Source of the DNA: an uncultured virus (IMG/VR IMGVR_UViG_3300008107_006367) | Taxonomy: Duplodnaviria; Heunggongvirae; Uroviricota; Caudoviricetes | IMG/VR virus record: IMGVR_UViG_3300008107_006367 | Strand: one strand, 5' to 3' | DNA length: 64,000 nt | Shown here: positions 60,417 through 64,000 of the stretch, piece by piece | How the letters are laid out: every line of letters starts with the position of its first letter | Position numbering within the stretch: position 1 is the first letter of the stretch | Translations under genes and position numbers: made by a program | The notes under the pieces: model-generated | The model's database searches: none | Seen by the model: only the letters and a program-made list of their open reading frames with translations | What the model was told of the DNA's origin: nothing

Positions 60417-61420
60417 AAAATATAGTGGATATATTTGATAATTTTATTGTAATAAAAAGACCTATTTTTGTTTCTTACAATAGAGAGGAAATAATAGATT
60501 TTTTTAATCAAATATTACCATATTTTAATAATGGATATAAATGTTTTTACGCAGAAAACGGAGAACCAATTAATAATGATTATATAAAAAATTTACAAAT
60601 TATATCCGATATACTTACTTCTAATAATATAAATCCTAATAAATTTGTAATTTTATACGAAAATAATTCAGAATCACATAAAAAATTATTAAAAAATTTA
60701 GGATTTGAATATGCACTACATATTCGATGGATTACAGATGCTACTCCAAAAGAATTTTTAGATAATCAATTTTTATCAAATAATTTAGACAAAAAGTTTT
60801 TATTCTTAAATAGAAAGTTTAAACATCATAGAGTAGAATTATATCAATATTTAAAAAATGAAAATATACTAAATAATACATATTATTCTGCTAAATGGTT
60901 GAATGATAGTAATTTTGAAGAAGATTATGAATCTGAAAAAGTTAGATTACGTGTAGATGTTCACGACCATTTGTTTGAACTATATAATCAATCGTATATC
61001 CACATTATAACAGAAACAAAATGTGAAGATGTAATTGAAAATATTGATGTATCTTTTTTTAGTGAAAAAACATTTAGACATTTGGCATTCAATAGACCAT
61101 TTATAATGGTAGCTGAAAAAAATCATATAAAAACCTTACAATCATTAGGGTTTAAAACATTTCATCCATATATTGATGAGAGTTATGACGGATTGGATTA
61201 CAATGAGCGAATGAAAAAAATAAAACAAATAATAATTGATTTGAATAAAAAATCAAAAGAAGAATTATTTGAATTATGTAAAAATTGTGAAAATATATTT
61301 GAGCATAATAGATTACATTTAATTGAAATTAGTAAATCAATACAAAGTAATATAAAAGAAAGATATCCATATGCTTTACAAGCGATAAATAAATTAATTA
61401 CAAACTATAAATTTATATGA
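60413..61420 (+). CDS. putative glycosyltransferase-like phage protein
   Basis: FLNR..HR, IITET, FSEKTF, RPFI, LGFKTF, DESYD. Confidence 0.55.
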   Translation: MKNIVDIFDNFIVIKRPIFVSYNREEIIDFFNQILPYFNNGYKCFYAENGEPINNDYIKNLQIISDILTSNNINPNKFVILYENNSESHKKLLKNLGFEYALHIRWITDATPKEFLDNQFLSNNLDKKFLFLNRKFKHHRVELYQYLKNENILNNTYYSAKWLNDSNFEEDYESEKVRLRVDVHDHLFELYNQSYIHIITETKCEDVIENIDVSFFSEKTFRHLAFNRPFIMVAEKNHIKTLQSLGFKTFHPYIDESYDGLDYNERMKKIKQIIIDLNKKSKEELFELCKNCENIFEHNRLHLIEISKSIQSNIKERYPYALQAINKLITNYKFI

Positions 61421-62046
61421 TAAAAAATTTAGAGAAATACCCGATAGTAAGAAATATTGAGCAAACGTCAGAAACCCTAATTGATTTTGAAAACCTAATA
61501 GTAAAGCATTGGGAGGAAGGCAAAATCAGAGGACCAATACATTTATCAAATGGAAATGAAGAGCAATTAATTGAAGTATTTAAACGTATCAATCAAAACG
61601 ATTGGGTATTTAGTACATGGCGTTCTCATTATCATTGTTTACTTAAAGATATTTGTCCTGTTTGGATTGAAGAAGAAATATTGAAAGGTAAATCAATTAC
61701 ATTATGTAACGTTGATGAAAAGTTTTATTCATCAGCTATCGTAGGTGGAACTCTTTCAATAGCATTGGGAGCGGCTATGGGAATTAAGCAAAGTGGAAGC
61801 GATGAAAAGGTTTGGGCCTTTATTGGTGATATGAGTTTTGAGAGTGGCATATTTTATGAGGTTCACAAATATGCAAGAAACTTCGATTTACCACTATACT
61901 TTGTTGTTGAAGATAATGATGTTTCTACTTACACTCCAACTGAAGCAACTTGGAATAAAAAAAGAGAAGTACCGGAAGATGTAATTTACTATAAATACAA
62001 ATCAAAATTTCCACATTACGGAACGGGTAAGTGGATTGCATTTTAA
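61417..62046 (+). CDS. TPP-dependent dehydrogenase E1 alpha-like subunit
   Basis: HLSNGNE, STWRSHYH, SAIVGG, GD...EDN TPP motif. Confidence 0.85.
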   Translation: MIKNLEKYPIVRNIEQTSETLIDFENLIVKHWEEGKIRGPIHLSNGNEEQLIEVFKRINQNDWVFSTWRSHYHCLLKDICPVWIEEEILKGKSITLCNVDEKFYSSAIVGGTLSIALGAAMGIKQSGSDEKVWAFIGDMSFESGIFYEVHKYARNFDLPLYFVVEDNDVSTYTPTEATWNKKREVPEDVIYYKYKSKFPHYGTGKWIAF

Positions 62047-62047
62047 T

Positions 62048-63406
62048 ATGTTAAAATTTATATACGATAGATACGATTTTAAAAGAAGAAAACCATATCC
62101 AAATTTATTTGATAAGGCTATAATCTCATATTATAATCAGCATTCTGAAGATTATAATTATGATATAAATACGCAGAAATTTTTATTAACAACATGCCAT
62201 TCTGAATTATATGGTAATTTAGTTCACAAAACAAACAATTATATAATTGCACAGGATGGTGTTCCAAATAAAGATGAAAAATATTTTTATCCAATAGAAA
62301 TATTTGGAAATCATAGAAGAATTTTATTAGGAAATGATTGGAAAACAAAAGATGGTATTAAATATTCAAGTTCATTTAAAACAGGCATATCACAAAAAGT
62401 TATAGATTTAGCTAAAGCTGGTAGAATTCAATTTATTATAAATTATTCACACGAACCATTTTCAGATGAATGGTTTATAGAAGAATTTGAAAAAATGGTC
62501 AATGAAATGGAACTTAATATGAATATGTTTCATTTTTTTGTGGGTACATCTAATTTATATGAGTTAGTACCAAAAGCAAAGGAATATAATTTTTATTTTG
62601 AAGATTCAATAATACAAAGTACTGCAATTAAAATTAAAAATTTAAAATCACAACCAAATTTTACTTTAGGATATAAAACTGAATGGATTGATGATTCTGA
62701 AATAGATTTAAATCGTAGTAAATATTTTGTTTGTTTAAATAGAAATTCACAAAAATCATTTAGATATACTTTTGGTTGTTTTTTGGAATCAAAAAATATG
62801 TGGGATAAAGTGTATGCCAGTTTTCTAAAAAAATCGGACAATAAAGCATTATATTTAACAGGCGATGAATTATTTGATTTATCTATAAAAAATTCAGAAG
62901 AATCTTTCTCTAATAAAATACCAATAGAAGTTGATACACATAGTTCTGAAGATAAGGAATCATTTGAAGTAGCAAAAGCATTTAAAAAAGAAATATATTT
63001 AGATTCTTACATATACATAGTTACTGAAACAAATTTTGAAGATGATATTTTTATAACCGAAAAAATTTGCAATCCAATGGCTGTGCTACAACCATTTATT
63101 ATTTTTGGAGCATATGGTTATTTAAAATATTTACAATCATTAGGATTTAAAACGTTTGATGGGTTTATAGATGAAACGTATGATGATATAAAAGATAATC
63201 AAAAAAGATATTTGAAAGTATGTTCAGAAATAGAGAGAATTTCAAACTTGCCAATAGAACAATTACATAGTTGGTACAATTCTATAACTGATATTATGAT
63301 TCATAATAGAAATCATTTAATATCATTTGCAGATAAAACAATGTTTAGAGATAATTTAGAAAAAATAGAAAAAAAATGGATAAGAAGTACAATAAAATTG
63401 TTATAA
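62048..63406 (+). CDS. putative glycosyltransferase-like phage protein, paralogue of 60413
   Basis: CLNR, IVTET, ITEK, QPFI, LGFKTF, DETYD. Confidence 0.55.
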   Translation: MLKFIYDRYDFKRRKPYPNLFDKAIISYYNQHSEDYNYDINTQKFLLTTCHSELYGNLVHKTNNYIIAQDGVPNKDEKYFYPIEIFGNHRRILLGNDWKTKDGIKYSSSFKTGISQKVIDLAKAGRIQFIINYSHEPFSDEWFIEEFEKMVNEMELNMNMFHFFVGTSNLYELVPKAKEYNFYFEDSIIQSTAIKIKNLKSQPNFTLGYKTEWIDDSEIDLNRSKYFVCLNRNSQKSFRYTFGCFLESKNMWDKVYASFLKKSDNKALYLTGDELFDLSIKNSEESFSNKIPIEVDTHSSEDKESFEVAKAFKKEIYLDSYIYIVTETNFEDDIFITEKICNPMAVLQPFIIFGAYGYLKYLQSLGFKTFDGFIDETYDDIKDNQKRYLKVCSEIERISNLPIEQLHSWYNSITDIMIHNRNHLISFADKTMFRDNLEKIEKKWIRSTIKLL

Positions 63407-64000
63407 CAGGCTGTAGCGGCTTAGTTGGAATACATTTAGTAAAAAAATGTTTAAATAAAGGATATGACGTAATTGGTGTAGATTTAAAATATTCTGATAA
63501 TTTACCAATATCAGATAACTTTACTTTCTATGAATTAGATTTAACAAATGAAGAAAACATAAAAAATTTATTTTTTTATGAAACACCAGATGTAGTATTT
63601 AATTGTTTTGGTATTAAAGGTTCACCACTAAGAGCAAAAACTAAGCCAGTAGATTTTTTATATCCATCGTTTAAGGCTAATACTGAAATAATTAATCAAT
63701 GTGCTAAGCACAATATTTGGTTAGTATTCGTAAGTTCAGTTGGCGTTTATGCACCTGCTGAAAAGTTTGTAGAAGATAGTGTTTGGAAAACACTTCCATC
63801 GGAAGCAGATTGGTTTCCATCGTGGAGTAAAAGGATGGGTGAAATTCTTTTAGAATCGTATAAGGTTCAATATAATTACGATAATTGGGCTATTATTAGA
63901 CCAGCAAATATCTTTGGTGAATATGATGATTTTAGTGGTAATGGTACTGTAATTGGAACTCAATGTAAAAAAATATTTGAAGCAACAAATGAGATTGAAG
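63376..64000 (+). CDS. NAD-dependent epimerase/reductase (3'-truncated)
   Basis: Manual translation MDKKYNKIVITGCSGLVG...FVSSVGVY...SWSKRMGE...IRPANIFG. Confidence 0.85.
   Translation, partial: MDKKYNKIVITGCSGLVGIHLVKKCLNKGYDVIGVDLKYSDNLPISDNFTFYELDLTNEENIKNLFFYETPDVVFNCFGIKGSPLRAKTKPVDFLYPSFKANTEIINQCAKHNIWLVFVSSVGVYAPAEKFVEDSVWKTLPSEADWFPSWSKRMGEILLESYKVQYNYDNWAIIRPANIFGEYDDFSGNGTVIGTQCKKIFEATNEIE

Noticed and set aside
223..62841. Minus-strand and nested ORFs in the track (e.g. 2546..3031, 45160..45636, 46729..47496, 14137..14391)
   Set aside because: Shadows of well-supported + strand genes with no motifs.
1..64000. Stop-codon reassignment
   Set aside because: Long genes are intact in the standard code; the breaks seen are frame changes, not in-frame stops.
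1..64000. Bacterial chromosome/LPS locus origin
   Set aside because: Baseplate, tail fibre, phage sigma, primase and resolvase genes with no housekeeping operons indicate a phage.

Overview
AT-rich, gene-dense, almost entirely + strand segment of a large tailed phage genome with a contractile-tail (myovirus/jumbo-like) gene set. Repeated TTTG-N20-TAnnTTTG promoters point to a Bacteroidota host. The layout is: (1) a structured GC-rich non-coding island at ~0.78-1.03 kb; (2) a 3-10.6 kb cluster of modifying enzymes (2OG-Fe(II) oxygenase, three sulfotransferase-like, three SGNH-like, a nucleotidyltransferase and a P-loop kinase) around a circularly permuted ATP-grasp protein fused to two tandem Hint domains that flank the 8-aa peptide KCHTYPYC, the most striking element in the window; (3) auxiliary genes (HD hydrolase, Hsp20, UvsE, HxGH nucleotidyltransferase, DUF2061-like, peptide deformylase, gp55-like sigma factor, carbamoyltransferase); (4) a baseplate/tail module at 20-37.5 kb; (5) T7-type endonuclease I, primase and a fused SbcD-SbcC; (6) a lone minus-strand RHH gene with 10-bp phased repeats, divergent from a 1970-aa tail fibre with an S74 chaperone; (7) a large glycan synthesis/modification cluster (several GTs, three GT7-LamG paralogues, methyltransferase, lipoyl domain, radical SAM, epimerases, RmlC, TPP E1-alpha). 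The assembly has one N gap and about three apparent deletion/frameshift junctions. All calls come from reading motifs by eye; no database searches were run.
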